The position numbers were made by a program, and so were the translations under genes. A stretch of 64,000 nt of DNA from Camelus ferus (Eukaryota): contig NC_045696.1 in the NCBI RefSeq assembly GCF_009834535.1, positions 92,754,001 through 92,818,000 of the forward strand, read 5' to 3'. Shown here in pieces: positions 10,656-23,719 of the stretch. The stretch's first letter is position 1. Each line of letters begins with the position of its first letter. Under the pieces are notes generated by a model. That model was not told the DNA's origin. It was given only the letters and a program-made list of their open reading frames with translations, and did no database searches.

Positions 10656-12664
10656 TGGACCATTGCAGCATTGCCTTCTCATTTTGACCAAAACCTATTT
10701 TTCCAGTCTAATTTCCCGCTACACATCTCATGATCCTACCCCAAGAAGATTAATTTGCCTTAATCTGAAAGAACATTTTTTTAAACTTGTCAAATTTGAA
10801 CGTGATATTTAATTTGGACAAATCAAGCCCCCTCAATATATACTTAGTTTAAATATGCAAATAAGTGAAACAAAAACCAACATATGGTTTTTAAAATGCA
10901 GTTTTTCCTTTCACTGTGTTCGTGCGGGTAAACATTACCATTTGTTGTCTGGTTGAAAAAACAAGTGTTAGTAATAGAAAGTTCATGCCTCATTAGGATC
11001 CCAAATAGTACAGAAATAGAAGAAGTTTCCTCCTGGTATAACTTGTCTCCCCTAGCTCCCAGTTTTCAAAGTTTTAGAATTTGCATTGTCTTACCACAGC
11101 TTCTTCATTTTCTCTCTTCAATACAATTTGCCCATTTGCCTAGACTTTTGTTCAATGTCTATAAAAATGACTGCTGTATTAGAAGAGTGGTTTGCAATTA
11201 GATTATGAAGATTCATTTTTCTCTTGATTATATTATGGGATTCTGCAGGAATTTTTAATGGTCATAGGGGAAGGGGAAACCCAGTGTACTCCCTAACGGA
11301 AATATTTAATTTCAAAGTTTCAAAATTATTTCCTGAGCTGTAGAAAGTACTTCAGTGATACGCCTGTCTTGCCCATCAGGCTCTGGTCATCTCGAAAGTT
11401 GTAGATATTGGCTCTGTGGGTGGCCTTTCTGGAAACAAAACACACAGCTGAGTTGTGAAGCTTTCAGGAGCAAGAAAAAGGGGCTATGTCCTTTTCTGCC
11501 ACTATTGTTTCCTCTAAAATACTTAATTCCCTCCCCCAACCCCCAAGAGAAAAAACAGTGAAACAAGCTGGAAAAAATAGAAAATGGGGGAAAAGTCACT
11601 TTAATTAGCACACTTTCTGCCTTTTAAAAAGTATTCATTCTCTGCTGGGATCTGAAACTCCCCTGAGATGTATAACTGGTGTATAAGAAGATCTTAGTTG
11701 AATTGAACGACCTGGACAGGCACAACGCTGCTATTTTACCTTCACCCAGCGCTCACTGGATGAGTTTCTTTGCCACGGTACTAAAGTGGGGAACCTGGCA
11801 TTTAGAATTCTGATATCTAGTCCAAACTCATTCCTGAGCTTGACAAATAAATTAACCTATATTTTCTCCTTATTTGTAAGGTGAAAATTGCATTTGCTTG
11901 TAATATTTTGACATTCCTGTACAAAAGGATAATATTTGGGCTTGTTACAGAAAAAAATATGAATAGCTCATTTGAAAATGGATCATTTAAAAATGTTATT
12001 TATTGTCTGTTGATAAGGAGTTTAGCCTTAAATTTTTTCTTTTGTATGCCAAATACATTTCAGTGTCTAGACTTTATTAGCATTTAAAAGCTTTAAGTAG
12101 GTTGGCAATAATAACAGTAAAAATAATTAACATTTGTGAGAGCTCATATGTACTGGTCTTACTCAGTTTAGTTATTTTGGAGGCACGCATTTTTTCCATT
12201 AACTAAGATCAAAGCACTGCAGAAATGTGTTAATTTATGAGTTTAAGTATTCTGATGAATTTCCCACATTCCGGAATAGACAAAAGATTGCCAAAATATT
12301 AATAATTGTTGAGACTGGGTAATACACAGAGCTTCGTTATACTATTCTACTTTTGTGTGGAAAATTTCCATGGTAAAAAGTGAAAAACACAAACTCAAGC
12401 AACTCTTCCCAAGATCATCTATCCTGCTTATGTTCCTTTTTCCCCCCATTTCCATCTCAGCATGACAGCTGGCCCTGCATGTGGACACAGGCCTCTCCAT
12501 TTGGGGAGGGAAAGATTGGTGGCACTTACACTGGCCTGCCCCCCATCCCCCATCCTTCTTGATGAACTCAGGAAGTTTCTCTTCTCATTTTTATCTCTGT
12601 CATACACACGTGAATCTGCATAGAGGCATTCATGTCTTTTTGGTGGCACATTCAGGAGAAGGCA

Positions 12665-13360
12665 CTGTAAGGGACACCTGCTTTTTTCATCTGCCCAAAT
12701 CCCTTCCTACCCTCCTTTGGGAAAAGCAGCCCCTTTTCTGTGATGAGCAAATCCTCCCTGACTCCATGAAGTTCTGGTGGGGCTGCTACTCAGAGTATCC
12801 CACCTTCCTGGCTATAGGGGTGAATATAAAGTCAGAGCCTGGCCACATATATACTCTTTGTTGCCAATCACAGTTATTGACCTATGGATGGACACATGAC
12901 TTGAACCAGGTCTGTCTGAATCCTTTCAATCCTATTTACAGATGGTAAAAGCAAGAGGGCCTCTCTACCCCTGGGATCATTAGCTGAGATGACTGAAGCT
13001 GGATCTGTCCCTGGTTATGCTCCACCCTCCACCAGCCTTTAGAGGATGCTCATAGGTAATGGGAGAGAATAGGATCAAACCCTTGAAAAAAGCCGAGAGA
13101 GAGAGAGAGGGGGGGGGGGGGGGTGGGGGGGGGAGGGAGGGGGGGGATAATTGGGAGAGAGGAGAGGAGAGAGGGAGAGGGAGAGGGAGAGGAGAAGAAA
13201 GGAGCAAACATGAGAAAGAGTGTGAGAGAAATGATGACTGAATTCCTGGATCCAGTTATGACGGAAGCCCTTATCCTTTCTCCTATCTTAAGGTAGGAGT
13301 CAGTACATTGCCTTTTCCTCTCAAGCTAGTTTGATTTGGGGTTTTTATCTGGAAGTCTTG
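12665..13360 (+). mobile_element. MLT1-type (ERVL-MaLR) LTR
   Basis: ggatggacacatgacttgaacc...gaattcctggatccagttatgacggaagcc...ggagtcagtacattgccttttcctctcaagctagtttga are MLT1J/K-like motifs. Confidence 0.65.
13095..13200 (+). repeat. (GA)n / poly-G / (GGGAGA)n purine-rich simple repeat inside the MLT1 LTR
   Basis: Directly visible: gagagagagagag, a run of about 16 G, further G runs, and gggagagggagagggaga. Confidence 0.95.
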
Positions 13361-14629
13361 ACCAGTACAGGATGCAGAGCTATAAGGACAGTTACTGCTC
13401 TGTATTTCAGGAGTACTATCTCTACTCCAGCCAAGACTAAAGCAGTGCCTGGTACATGGCAAGTACTTAAAAAATAGATGTTGAAAGAGCGATAACAACT
13501 CCTAGGTAACTGTTAAATTCTCCGGTCATTCTCTTGATTTCTTGGTGCATTGATTAAAATAGGGATAATAGTCATGTCCTTCACTCCCTTGCTTCATGCA
13601 TGTAACTTAAAGATGACTGCTGGTTAAATTTGAGTCTCTTAAATATAGCTATTTTTGCAGCTGGAAGCATGATTTTTGTACAGCTAGAAAAAGCTATTTC
13701 CAATGCAGATTTCTAGTGCAGTTTTCTAAGAAAGCCTTTATGATATGCAGCACACCAGGCCCACCACGAGGCATATCAATCATCTTACCATGTATCAGGC
13801 ACCTTTTACAGGATTTTCTGTGATCTTGGTGTCAGGGCACATTCTGTATCAAGGCAGAGGTGATATGTAGAGATCTGGCAGCTATTTAGAAAGGAGGCCA
13901 GGCAGTGCTGTGCCAGTATAATTAATGAGAGTCATCGCTCTGGAAGCGAGAGTAGAGTGGGGGTTGGGAAGGATGTCTTTCACCAGTCAATGGCATTTAA
14001 GAAAAATTGGTGCTTTCATAGCCCTTTTACTGTTGGGAGGAGAAACAGTGCTGGAAAGGGCTTTCTGTAGCTCGCTGCATGGATGGAGGTCCTTGTGTAT
14101 AGGGAAGCAAGGAGGATTCAACCCCAGACTTTTCAGCAGGGCGGTTTTCAACCTTGAATTGCGCTACCCGTAGGAGTCCCTTACACTTGGAAATCCTTAC
14201 TAAAAGATTTTAGCTTACGTGACCAAGAGACCATTCAAAAAAGGTACTTTATTACCATATAGGGCTTTTGTTTTACTTGCCCAAAGAAGTATTAACTGAG
14301 GTCCCATTTTCTCCAATTCACTTGTAACCAGCAAAGGAAGAAGGGGGTATTATTTGTTTTGTTTTCCTATTGACTGTTTGGTAACCATGGAAGGGTCTGT
14401 GTAACCTAGAGAGGCTGTTTACTACCCGCTGTCTAACCCCTTTCTTACTGTTCCCTCTGATTGTCACAAGCTGGGAAAAATTGTTCTGTCCTGCATCTAA
14501 AGATTTAGCAATGTAACAATATTTTCTTGGTTTTGGTTGGTAATTTTTCTCTGATTAATGGTGAAAAAAAGAGATTCAGAGGGAAAAGCTACAGTAAAGA
14601 TTTATAGATATATACATTTAAGACCCTGA

Positions 14630-14830
14630 TTAACTATGATTCACACCAACTTGGTTGCCTTTGGGGAGAAGGGCCCGGAGATACTGTTTTTAGCTGTATC
14701 TGCGATGCTTTATTTAAAAAAAGAAGGGGTGGGGGAGCATGTTTATTATATGGGTGTTTGCCTTGTTTTTGGTAGGTTTGAAATATTGCATGATATAAAA
14801 AATGTGAAGTTCTCAAAATTATGGAACTTT
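14630..14830 (+). mobile_element. Old L1M (L1ME/MC-like) 3' end fragment
   Basis: ggttgcctttggggag...ttttagctgtatctgcgatg...gtttgaaatattgcatgatataaaaa. Confidence 0.45.
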
Positions 14831-15399
14831 ATTAAAACCATCAAAATAAAGAATGCATAGCAAACAAGTGCGCTTGTTATGAACTTTGTATCTGAGTTTA
14901 TTTCACCATGGGCATCTGCAGTTTTTCATGTATGAGAGACACAAACACAGGAGGTTGGCAAGAGTGGTGGTGGATAACCTCCATGGTTGCCTTAGTGGTG
15001 GTCTTAGTATCTTTCTCTTCTTTTTTTTGCCGGGGGGGGGGGTGCTTTCTAGTCACCATGGAGATTACCAGCCAAACAAATCTCTAAAAAGCAATCTAGG
15101 GGTAGAAGGTTATCTGTTTTATTTCTTATAAATTGGGGATTTGCTGTGCGGTAAGAAAATTTGGGAAGGTTTCCTTCCATGGAGCCAAAGGACCTTCCTT
15201 ATACATCTTTTCCCAAACTGATTTCTTCCTGGTACCCTGGCAGGAAGGAATCCAAATGACTATTTTGGTGGCTTTTTTCCTTTTTTTTCTGAGAGTCCAG
15301 GACTGCTTTCTGGATAAAGTTTCTTCTTGCCCATGGTGCTTTGCTGTAACATTGTAATTGCCTCTGTTGAATTGAATAATACAAATGAGTTGTTTCTAT

Positions 15400-16070
15400 G
15401 GTATCGGCGAAGTGGGATGAAAAGGTGAAACCCTAGATCTCGCGCTGAGAGGTCACGGTGCTACCCTCCCACCCCACACCAACTGTCCGTCAAAGCTGAC
15501 GGGCAGCCAGGCCGGGTTCTCAGAGCCCCAGCACTCATTTGTAACTTCCTGAGCAAATTCACGCTTGAAAAAGAAAATGACTTTAGTTTATATTGTCACT
15601 AAGCCCAGAAAATCCCTGCCAACTCCAAGCTGCCAGCTTTTCTAGGACCTTCTTATTGGTGGAGAATTTTAAACTGAAGGTGAGTGAAGAGCAGCGTCTC
15701 CCAGTCCCTCCCAGCCAGGCTTTGAACTAACAATAGGGCAGGTTGAATGAAGGCTGATAAATGCAAATCCTGGAATCCCGAAGCCGGATCACACCGCTGC
15801 TGCCTGGGCCAGCGGTTGTCCGCGTTCCAGCAGCCGCACCAACTTGGTCACTCGCCACGTTAGGACGAAGACTAGATTTCATCGTTTCAGCATCATTTGA
15901 GTGCCAACTGTGTGCAAGCTTTCCTCTGCCAGGGCCGTGACTCCACGTCATCGCACGATGGCCGCTTGAGTCCACCTGCCACCAATTTATCTGATTGAAT
16001 GGCCTGTTAATGCTTAGGACAAGCACCTGGAGAAAGACGGGGCGGGGGGTGGATGGGGAAGGGGGAAGAA
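15400..16070. promoter_or_regulatory. CpG-enriched upstream promoter/enhancer module
   Basis: Locally high CpG. AACAATAG at 15729, ATGCAAAT at 15761, CCACGTCATC at 15943, CCAAT at 15982, GGGGCGGGG at 16039. Confidence 0.6.
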
Positions 16071-16399
16071 TAAAAGCAGGGTGTTAAATACCTCCCCCTT
16101 TCTCAGTGTTAGCTGCACTCTACTCGAAGCAGATCTCATTGGTTTTAACAGCATAATAGATGCTATTTTCTTAGAATGCTAAAAAAACAGGAGGCGAAAT
16201 AAGATGGGCAGTTCGGAATTTCCTTTAAGATGTGGTTCTGGAACTTTTTACTTTGGGGCAAACTGCACACAATCTCTGCGCCCTTCCTCTCCAACTTTGT
16301 TTTGCCAAACTCCTTTACCTCTCCACCACAGACGCTGTCTGGAGCACAGCCCCAAACTGAGTATCAAGGGGGTTTCCCTGAGTTTGGGAACCTTTGAAA

Positions 16400-17520
16400 C
16401 TTGAGCGAGGGGGCGGGTGGAGGGAGACTTCATTCCCAGTGCTTCTGGCCCTTGCCTGCCCTCTGAGGAGGTGTAGGCGCAGAGCTCGGCCCCGGACACC
16501 CAGTGGAAGGTGGCGGTAACTCCAGTCCACTCTCCCCAGCTCCAGTTCCTGATTTCCGAGGGAGCTGCGGGGCTGGGAGGGAGGGGGCTCCAGAGTGAGC
16601 GTGAGGATTTGAATGAGAAAGCAGGTTGTGGTGGTGGCGCCCCACTCTGCCCAGCCCGTCTCGGGGTTTTCTGCAGGCTGGTGTGGAGAAGAGCTCCTCT
16701 GGGGGGCTTTCCTGCCCCTCGACACGGTTTTGGAGTTGGAGTAGCAGGAGCTAATAACTCATCACGCCGGCACTTTGGAGGTTGCCCCTCTGTCCGGGAC
16801 TCTGAGGAATACTTCATCTGCGAAAGCTCAAAGTTGAACAGGTCAGTGATTTTGGGGGACTGGGGAGGAACGAGAAAGAAAAAGAGGACTGGTACAGCAG
16901 TCCAGGTGTTTCCGGCCGGCACACGCTCTCGAGTGGTGGTGTGAGTAGGAATTCCCCAAACCCCTGTGCGGAGAACTGGACCACGGCTGGTCTTGGGGTA
17001 CCGTAATTCTAAAGGATGTGGATGTGTGAGCCCTCGCCAGAATTGAATCCTCGAGTCTCTTTTGGTGAGTGGGGTTTGCGCCCTGTGTAGGGTAAAGCAT
17101 GGCTCTCTGTAGGAGGCTCCACTCCCACACGGGACCCCCGGGACTGGTTTCTGACCGCGAGACGCCGCAGAGAGAGCAGGTCCTCTTTTCCCAGCAAGGG
17201 GAGTGCGGTGTCCATTACACTTGCAGTCTCACGGTTCTTCCTGCGCCCGGTGACCCCACTCAGGAACCTCTCAGGGAGAGAAGACCAGGTGCTCTCAGTT
17301 CGAGGAGGATTTACTCCATTGCCCTTTCCTGGAATAAACGAGGGGCACCGGAGCGGCGCGAGGGGGTGGGGGGCAGGTCCCGGCCATTTGGCGACGCGCT
17401 CCGCGCCTGCGCGGGGTTCCCATGGCGACGGCGCCGCGAGTCTGAGACGCCGCCCGGAGTGCCCCCCGAAGCCCTGTTCCCAGTTGAGCGTCTGTGGCGC
17501 GTATCCCCCGCTCCCCCAGA
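16400..17520. promoter_or_regulatory. PLCH1: CpG island / probable PLCH1 promoter
   Basis: Strongest GC/CpG-rich stretch of the window, peaking at 17330-17515 and lying upstream of the first PLCH1 coding exon. GC box at 16410, NRF1-like site 17402-17413, X-box 17416-17429. Confidence 0.75.
16700..16940 (+). other. PLCH1: Candidate non-coding first exon of PLCH1 (start approximate)
   Basis: ATG-free stretch in the CpG island ending at donor GGT|gtgagt (16941). Alternative donors at 15680, 16842 and 17065 cannot be excluded. Confidence 0.45.
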
Positions 17521-20500
17521 CATTTTCTTTGTTTGTAACTCGGAATAAGTTTATGATCTCATTTTGAAATTAGGAGTTCAGCATTAAAATAGTAACCAAC
17601 TAAAATTTTAAAGACCTCTCCCACCTCCCACACAATACCACTTTGATCATAGACGAAGGTGAGAAATTGCTTTTTGGGGCAGCATTTGAGAATTTTTCCT
17701 CCCTCTTCTAGCCCATGAAAGTGGGGACGAATAAAATATATTTACTTCCTGGTGAGGCCGTTAAAAAAAAATCGGCCAGGTGCTGGCTCTTGAGCATTAA
17801 GGGGACAGACCTGTGCCGCCTTACCGCAGGTGAAAAGCCCGGCGTGTACAAACTGGCAACACCTGTGTCCTCCTTTTGGCTTGTTAATGAAAACGAGATG
17901 CGCTCCAAAATGGACCAAAGTAAAATGCCAATGAAAAGAAACAAAGGCTTTCCCAGAAGAAGTGATTGTTTTTCCAGTTGCGACGGCGTTTTGATCACTT
18001 AGGGGATTAATCTTCTGCAGGGAATGTCTCAAGAAACCTTAACAGGAGCTAGTCAGATTCCTCAAGCTTTCTGTTGAGTCATTTTCCTTTTCTTAAAATT
18101 GTGTCTGGACAGCTCTATCCCCCTTTTAAAATCCCATTTGTTTACGCACAGGTTAGCATTTGGCAAGGATACATAACTCAAGGGGTATGTAGAAGGAGCT
18201 GTTGCTTCTTTGCTCGCTTTTTCTTAGGGTGTATCAATATTTGGCAGCATGATTGGTACACCTTGTTGCTGTTAAATAAATGTTGGTTAAAATTAGTGTA
18301 ACTGCTAGTGAAAGTTTAAAACGGAGCTATTCTTCCTGGGATAAAGTGTGGCATAAAAATAGATAAAGTAATATGTGAGTACTGTCTTGCAGTATCCTAT
18401 TTTTAAATAATTTGCCTTCAAGTACAGTAAATGTTGATTAGTGGTAATTTTCAGACAGTATCCTTCCACCATCAGCAAATGAGGTCAACATAATATTACT
18501 TTCCAGATGATTAGCAAATAACATGCTGTTAAAGTTCTCTCTCCCATCCCATTCATTATAAAAGCCGAGACATTATGCAATCCATCTAGCTGAAATGTTT
18601 AAAAATGGCCAATTAAGGTTTTTTCTTTTTTCATAAATAAAAAAATAGAAAAACTTAATTTTCAGGTTCAGATACTTTGTGACCCTACTTGGTGGCTTGT
18701 AACTGGCTCCAATTCCCTAATTCTCAGTGACATGTGTTTCTGCTGGTTCCAGGAGGTAAACTGCAGTTTAGCAGATCATGGGATAATGAGATTGGCAGTG
18801 CTTGGGGGAACGCTGAGGAGAGGCAGTGGGATGAGACAAAGGGAGGGAAGGTTGATGGGCAGAGCCAGGATTTATAGCTTCACCAGATTTCTTCATAAAA
18901 GCTGCCGCAGTCATTGCTTCTGTTTGATACATTTTCTCACATGAACATCAGTGAAACTTATTTTTAGGATCAAGCTTCTCAATAACTATAAGGGTAGAAT
19001 TATAAAAATAGAATAGGTAAAGTTACTTTATGTTAGGGTACTATACTGGGAAAATGCTTACATGTTTTCTTAATTTATTCATTTAGTCAATAAATACATG
19101 TTGAAAACTAGTTATATATAAGATCTAAAGAAATCTAGATTTCTGCCCTCAATGAACCAAGCGTTGTGAGTTCTGAAATAATTCTAGTACTGTTTCAGGT
19201 TTTCAGGGTAAAGATAATATCTGTGGTTCTCTTAAGGAAAGCAGTTGATGAAGTGCCAGGCACTCAGACATCTAGATTCAGGAACAAATTGATTAAACTT
19301 TGATTTTAAAAACCCTGAACGTTGTTTTTAAGCATTTTAGATAAGATTCTCTATATACGCTAAGAAGCATTGTGGCAGGTATTTTCTTACATTTTCGTAG
19401 TAGAGAGTCAGCCCTAAAACCTGCAGTCTTGGAAGTACAGCTCTGAGTTGGGGAGGAACAGAAACCCTGGAATTCTCACGTTTCTTAGATGAAGATAAGG
19501 TGAGTGATTCAGTAGTCCTTTGTTCTGGCTCCGTGTTTCATGACATCATAAACCTCCTGCAGCTCCCTTCAAAGAATAGTGTCGGTCTGCACGCTTGAGG
19601 GATCATGACTATAATTTCTCTGAGCAAAAAAGAAAAGGGAGTGGGGATATAAAATTATGATAGTTGGATAAAAAGAATACAGTAGGGTATTTAAACATTT
19701 TAACTTTTGAGCTGGAATAATTTCTCAGCGTTTTTCATAAGTTTAGACTCTATTGAAATCCATTACAGCCGTGACAAACCCCTGGCATAATATTGACCAA
19801 GGTTGAGAAACGTTTCCTCTTGTCATTCCTAGGACACGGTTAAGACACAGCAGATTAGGGAGAACGTAGCCTCCTTTCCTTCACCACCTCATGAGTCTAC
19901 TTATAATTATCAGCTGGGAGAAGCTTGCTGAAGAGCATCCCAATTTGGTTATTGCTCTTTGTCTCGGAAAATCCGACTCAGCTGTGAATTGTGGCCCAAG
20001 TGGTGCAGAACTCATTACTTCGAACAATGCCTCCTCGGCCTGGGAAGCATGTTCTGTCTCCTCACTAGCAGGGGCTTATCCCAGGCTGGCTTTGCTCACA
20101 AGGAAAATCATTTAGACACAGTTCACTGGACACTCACTCACATCTCTTTGACACCCGTGACCATTTTTATTTAAGGAGAAATCCAGCACCACTGGTCGGT
20201 GTACCGAATTAGAAGTGCATTTTAAGAAGCCCGTGAAGAAGTTTACACAGCTTTGTGTTATTATCATCAAGGTCTCTGTCTTGTGTGCTTCAAAGGAAAG
20301 AGGGCAGGATGGATAAGGAAGGGACAACTAAGAAAACTTTAATAGCAAAGTTGAAAAAAAAATTCTCACCAAGTCTGCATTTTCAATGCACTAAACTAAA
20401 CGCTTGTGCCTCATTAAATCTCATAAAATTACAGAGCAGGAAAATACCCCTACCATGTACCTTACATAAATCAGGAAACCAGGGCCCAAGGTTGCTAAAT

Positions 20501-22714
20501 GATTTTCTTAACGTCACACAGCTAATAAATGAAAGAACTGGGATGAACATATTCTAATTTCAAATGATCCTGCTGCTTCCAAGAAGTCTAGGGAGGGCAG
20601 ACGTGAAACCCTTGCTCTAGATTTTGGTATCTGTAACGATGGGAAATTCCTAGAGTTGTAATTATAAAATGGTCAAACATCAGCAATGTTTCATGGCTTA
20701 GTCTAATTTCCCTGAGTGGAACTGACAGTAGGCCTCTCCTGATGAGACATTTGGTTATACGCACCTGTATATCATGGGAACATACATGGTTCCTATGCAT
20801 AACTGCAAAAGAGATCTCTCTCAGTTTGTATTTTGGCCTGAGGAATTCTGCCATGATTAGGATTTAATACAAGGCAGAACAGCTTTTCTGGTTACTGTCC
20901 AGTAAATATCTTAAACAAGGTGTTCTGGAAGAAAAGAAGGATATGAACAGTAATATATTCCAACCATGGGTGTGGGCATTTACTTTAGGTTTATTTAAAA
21001 CTCATAAAAATTAAGAGATTCAGGAATTATAATCCCATGTTCCTAGAGATTAGTTTCTTGCCCAAGATCTAAGTGAGGATGGAATTGTCTTGGAATTTGA
21101 ACTGTCTGCCTCCTCCATGCTCTAACACAACATGTTCCCACTCAGAAAAGCAAAGCTAAAATTATAGAAAACATTGAGTTGGTTTTCTTTTCAAATTCAC
21201 CATGCCATTCAAAATACAGACATTTGGAAGTTGTTCTGATTAGATTTTTGGTGAGTGGAGAAGCTGTGTTCCCTAGATGGAGTTGAGGAGGTTATAAATT
21301 CAGGCCTGGTTCCAGAAAAACATTCAAGACTTTGTTTATAAACTGTGTTGGCTATTTGTTTAGAAGTGAGTGGTGTTTAGATTCTCTTCTGCAAATGCTT
21401 TTCCACATCAAAGTGGCCCACTTATCACTTGGAGTTTGTTGTCAAATTGCCCTGAGTTTAAGGACCCCTCATGATTTTAATGTGTGTTTTCTGGTATCCC
21501 AAGACTTAAATATTGATTTGATCTTATATAAACTTTGCTCACTTACTTTTCTTGAAATAGAATGACTTACTGCTGGGTAGAGTCAGATGGTGTCTTTCTG
21601 TAATGTTGGACAGTTGCTGAAAATTTCTAAACCTAGGCCAGAAGCTGGAGCTCTGGTGCTCTCACAACTGCTCTGGCCATGGTGTTGAGACTCCTGAGCT
21701 GGTTCCAGATTTGCAGTAAATTTGAGCTAGTTTACCCATGAAGAAACAGAGGCTCAGAAATATTTACACTCACACAGCCAAGTTGGGACTTGAACCTTGC
21801 CGTTGCCAGCAGACATGGTCTAGTGACCTTATTAGCACACCACGCCTTAAAAGCACACTTCTCTCCTGGGCCTTCTTTCCTTCCTATGTCTCTGACGCCA
21901 AGGGAGAAGAAAAGGTTGAGGGTTTGGGAAGAATGGATGATGGACTCCACTTTGGAATTCAGTCCAGCCTTGGTCAGGCACTGCCTAGGACCCTGGAGCG
22001 TGCACTGGATTTCTCTCTTTGTGAGTTTCTCTGTGTCTTACCTACTAGCATCCTCTCTTCTCTGTGGCTCGTTCTTTTGAGATTAGCAAGGGACTTAACC
22101 TGTCCAGCTGTTCAGGTGCCCGTGCATTAGCTACTAAGTTGCCTCTGGAGGGCAGAAAGATCTAGTTTGGTGCGATCACATGTGAGTTACTGATTAACTG
22201 ATCTAAGGGAATCATGGTTTCTCTTTCATCTGCCTTCACTTCCTTGTTGCTAGTCCACAAGAACCAAACATTTGAATTCTGCTTCCCACTTCCCTCTTCT
22301 CTTGCTCTTGAATTTAACTGAAGGAGCCTCTGGACCTTGAAACAGGTCTCCCTGGAGTGCTAACGGGACCTCTGCAAAACTACCCCTGGTGGGAACTTTG
22401 AAAATCAATACAGTTTTTTCGAAGGTCAGAATACTGGACCAGGAGTTAAGTGAGTTGATTTGCTGTGTAATTGTATGTAATTTGATTTTCTAGACCACCT
22501 ATTTCTTTTTTGCCAAACAACTGTTTCTTAACTTTGAGTGATATGGGAATCATTGAAAAGAAATTAAAAAAAAAATGAGATTTCTTTATAGAAAAAGGAG
22601 TCAGGATTATGTAAAGACCCTTTAACTTTTATTTCAGTTTAAAGACTTTTGTTTCCGTACAACCATTTGGATAAAACAAAGAAAAGGAGGGTTAAGGGAA
22701 AAAAGGAAGTTTTC

Positions 22715-22870
22715 CTGTCTGCATATAGAATATCCCAGGGAGGGTACACTAGAAACTAATAATGTTGATTGCTGGGAGACAGATACCAGAGGTAAACTGT
22801 TCATTGTATACCCTTTAATGCCTTTGGATTTTGAAACTTAATAAGTAAAATTAAAGTTAAACAAAAATAT
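22715..22870 (+). mobile_element. L1ME-like 3' end fragment
   Basis: gcatatagaatatcccagggagggtacactagaaactaataatg...ttcattgtataccctttaatgcctttggattttgaa. Confidence 0.55.
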
Positions 22871-23719
22871 TTGGGTTTCAATAATAAAGAAGTAAGTAAC
22901 CACCTCCTGGCTCCTAAGTGGTAGAAATAGGAAACTGGGAAGCAACTTTAAAGAAACTATCTTTTTTACCATCTTTTTAAGTCTCACTGAAGTTCACATT
23001 TACTAATCCTTTTTTCGTATTTAGTAATCGTTTTTTTTTTTTTTCGTATTTAATAACTTTTAAAAGCAGTGTTCTTTAAGCTCTTCTGGATTTCGATAAC
23101 AGGGGTTGGGGAGGTGTTTTTTTGTTTGTTTTTGAATTTTCATAGTTTTCTTCCCGTTCAGAAAACGTCAGCTATTGGCTGCAACCAGACTCAGGAGGCC
23201 AATGGGAGTCAGACCTGTCCCACTCCTGAGCCACTGAATCTGTCTTATGCTGTCAGGGTGTTTCTGGAGACAAGGCTAGAAAGTTCCCCCACCCCTTGTT
23301 TTTCTTCCCTGTAATGTGATTATTTTATTTTCTGGAGCGGTGTATTAATGTGAGTGTGTGAATGTCAGATAGATCTTGTCTTCTCAAATTGAAAACGGAA
23401 AAATAGAATTGCATCCAAATGTTTTATCCTGAACCATGGTTTTCTCATTTGAAATAGCCTGTGAATTGGAAGAATTTTTCTGTTTGCTGGGTAAACTGTT
23501 AAAATGCACCCTTGGAAGAGAGTGAACACAAACTGTGTACCAACTTCTTTTTCACTCTTCAAAAGAGAGAAATGTGAAATCTATTATTTAGCGTCCAAGT
23601 TTCAATCAAAAACAACGACACAAGTCAGGATCAGTTTTCAGCACTTTCTTGAAAACATCTCATCTCAGATTTGGTGAAGTAAAAACCTCACAGAATTCTT
23701 CTTCTTGCTATGTTACTTT

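Noticed and set aside
12980..13241. Pro-rich and Gly/Arg/Glu-rich ORFs
   Set aside because: They are translations of the G/GA simple repeat.
16248..17567. Overlapping 95-224 aa ORFs on both strands
   Set aside because: Expected stop-poor frames of a GC-rich CpG island, with no recognisable domain.
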